A DNA stretch of 64,000 nt. It comes from Vicugna vicugna (taxonomy: Eukaryota). Position 1 is the first letter of the stretch, and every line of letters starts with the position of its first letter. This document shows positions 62,402 through 64,000 of this stretch, one piece after another. Under the pieces are notes generated by a model, which saw only the letters and a program-made list of their open reading frames with translations, did no database searches and had not been told where the DNA came from. The stretch lies in the NCBI GenBank assembly GCA_013265495.1, contig MU063351.1:1467845-1531844 (forward strand), in the 5' to 3' direction. The translations under genes were made by a program, and so were the position numbers.

Positions 62402-62530
62402 ATGCAAATGACCCTTGCTGTACCCAGCACTTTTTGGTGTTTTCCAAAGCCACATTGGAAATATTAAATATTAAAATGCTCATTGCAACGGATGGATCGG
62501 ATGAAATACCTCACACAACGATGCAAATGA
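62402..62530 (+). promoter_or_regulatory. Pair of octamer (POU) motifs
   Basis: ATGCAAATGA at 62402-62411 and 62521-62530. Confidence 0.3.
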
Positions 62531-62889
62531 AGTAGGAAATGGGTGGAGAAAGCATTTTTGTGATGTATTGAACCATCAGTTCCAGCATCTCTTTTTTATT
62601 AAAAAGTATTTTAAACCAACAGAATGTAATAGTCAAATTATCAAACATCTTGAGCAGCATCAGGCCCCTACAACAGGCATGAATAGACAGGATTACATCC
62701 GATTTAGCGAGCCCTGGGTCCTAGGGTTCTGAGCCAGCTGCTCAGATGCCAACCTAAGCACAAGGATGCTGAAGCCAGCACCCCCACCAGCCACAAACGA
62801 AGGCTGTGCTAGCATGAGAAATAGGGGTGGGCCTACGAACACACATTTTGGCAAGAACTGGTCCACTTCTCCCCGTTGCTACTCCAAAC

Positions 62890-63125
62890 ACCCTAGTCTA
62901 AGCCATCATAACCTCTAGCCTGGAATCTGCAATAGCTTCTCTGAGGAACTTCTCATCCTGCCCTTGACCTCTTTCATCCATTCTCACACTGCAGCCAGAA
63001 AAAAACTTTTGAAAACCGAAATCAGTCTGTGTCAGGCCCCCGGTTTCCCACAGGTCTTAGAATCAAAACTAAACTCTTTATTATGACCTGGAAGGCCTAA
63101 TGGGATCTGGCTTCTGCTTACTTCT
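62890..63125 (+). mobile_element. L2 LINE 3' region
   Basis: aagccatcataacctctagcctggaatctgcaatagc...catccattctcacactgcagccaga...ttagaatcaaaactaaactc...atctggcttctgcttacttct. Confidence 0.75.
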
Positions 63126-63133
63126 TTATTCAG

Positions 63134-63172
63134 TGAATGAATGAATGAATGAATGAATGAATGAATGAATGA
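63134..63172. repeat. (TGAA)9 tetranucleotide repeat
   Basis: Nine full units plus tga counted. Confidence 0.95.
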
Positions 63173-63945
63173 GAGAGACAGAGCAGTGCATACCTATCTA
63201 GGACGAAGCCCAGGATGGCTTGTATAAGACAGGAGACTGCTATTGCTCTCACTTAAATTTTATAGACTGTCTTGAGCACACTGGGATGTGCACAGAACGA
63301 CAAAGATAATTCAGCCCCTGTACTTCAAGAGCTATATTCCAGGGAGTAGTTTTTCAAACATGGAAAAAAGGGAAGGGTCTTGCTTGGCAACTCTTGTGTC
63401 ATTCTTTTTCCTTCTTCAGAGTTAGAGACAATGGCACATAGAGAGCCATGAACAGCTGGAAAAAAAAAGAAAGAAAGAAAGAAAAAGAAACTTGGAATGC
63501 TAGGAAAATGTAGACGCACGGCTAGGAGTAAGGGAGAGAAGGTAATCAGCAAAAAGGAAAAGAATGGGGCAGGGAGGTCAGAGAAGGGAAGAAGCAATGA
63601 GGAAGAAAAAGAGAATCCATATTTGGCTCTCTGACTCTCCCTGCTTGAACCAGCCATTTGACTGGAAAACCAGAAATCAGAGTGAGTACCTATGACCTCA
63701 GTCAGACCTGTGACCATCCAGGAATGGACTGCAGTACCTAGAAGAGTATATATGTACACTTGGCTGTCTGGGTGGACGGACAAAAGGCAAGAGCTACCAT
63801 TGATTAATATTCCACAATTACTACCTTCATCTCCATTTCTGAAAAATAATTTTCCCATCAGTCCTCAAGTTTCCATAGACATTGACTGTACAGGACCCAG
63901 AGATGAGTAAGCCTTCTTCCACTCTCCTCATCCCCTCTCTCACAG

Positions 63946-63985
63946 GGTTCTGGAGTCATTGACCACTAAATGAGAGGAGCAGACT
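63946..63985 (+). other. Candidate 40-nt exon
   Basis: Strong polypyrimidine tract ccttcttccactctcctcatcccctctctcacAG, donor ACT|GTGAGT. Confidence 0.25.
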
Positions 63986-64000
63986 GTGAGTATTTTAGCT

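Noticed and set aside
63325-63858. Longest gap-free ORF (177 aa, minus strand)
   Set aside because: It is rich in Phe/Ser/Leu because it reads through the complement of purine-rich low-complexity sequence, including (GAAA)n.
36-63910. ORFs in the supplied six-frame track as protein-coding genes
   Set aside because: All are short, lack recognisable domains, and fall in L1/L2/MIR/LTR remnants, microsatellites or N-runs. The only recognisable peptides are L1 ORF2 fragments (18679-18954, 25087-25347, 49002-49334).
63907-63945. Intron between the donor at 63907 and the acceptor at 63945
   Set aside because: 39 nt is below the practical minimum for mammalian spliceosomal introns.
1-64000. Prokaryotic-type systems (CRISPR arrays, operons, phage or defence loci), rRNA, snRNA, NUMT or a horizontally acquired block
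   Set aside because: The sequence is CpG-depleted mammalian DNA throughout. I saw no regularly spaced repeat-spacer array, no long ORFs and no recognisable structural RNA or mitochondrial sequence.
1-64000. Assigning a gene symbol to the locus
   Set aside because: No exon or peptide matched a sequence I genuinely recognise; naming the gene would need a synteny or BLAST search.

Overview
This is eukaryotic DNA from a placental mammal. It is AT-rich, CpG-depleted, and roughly a third recognisable interspersed repeats. The species is most likely a camelid (camel/alpaca/llama): it carries a tRNA-derived SINE matching the camelid Vic-1 family and young L1 3' ends of laurasiatherian/camelid type, and I saw no Alu, B1/B2, Bov-A/BovB, PRE1 or Can-SINE. 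I found no protein-coding gene I can name. The ORF track is explained by chance ORFs, N-runs, microsatellites and L1 ORF2 remnants. The window looks like intronic or 5' regulatory DNA. It has two small CpG-rich promoter-like islands (13.85-14.08 kb with a (GGC)9 tract; 28.6-29.0 kb), several well-formed candidate exons on the minus strand (60647-60721, 52317-52454, 28822-28998, 9119-9157) and a few on the plus strand (27458-27581, 46740-46787, 60955-61124, 63946-63985). This suggests a multi-promoter gene with an overlapping antisense transcript, but exon calls from splice motifs alone are weak. The repeats include L1 copies with readable target-site duplications (TSDs), L2, MIR, MLT1/MLT2 LTRs, MER82, MER2, MER63, MER5 and microsatellites, and there are eight N-runs. 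I did not find a convincing previously undescribed biological system. The most unusual structures are a TSD-flanked, A-tailed ~650 bp segment interrupting a MER5 element (possible orphan retrocopy or transduction), a tripartite 5'-inverted L1, and a splice donor that is also a perfect NF-E2/NRF2 element. Repeat family names come from my recall of consensus sequences, not from a search, and boundaries of old repeats are approximate.
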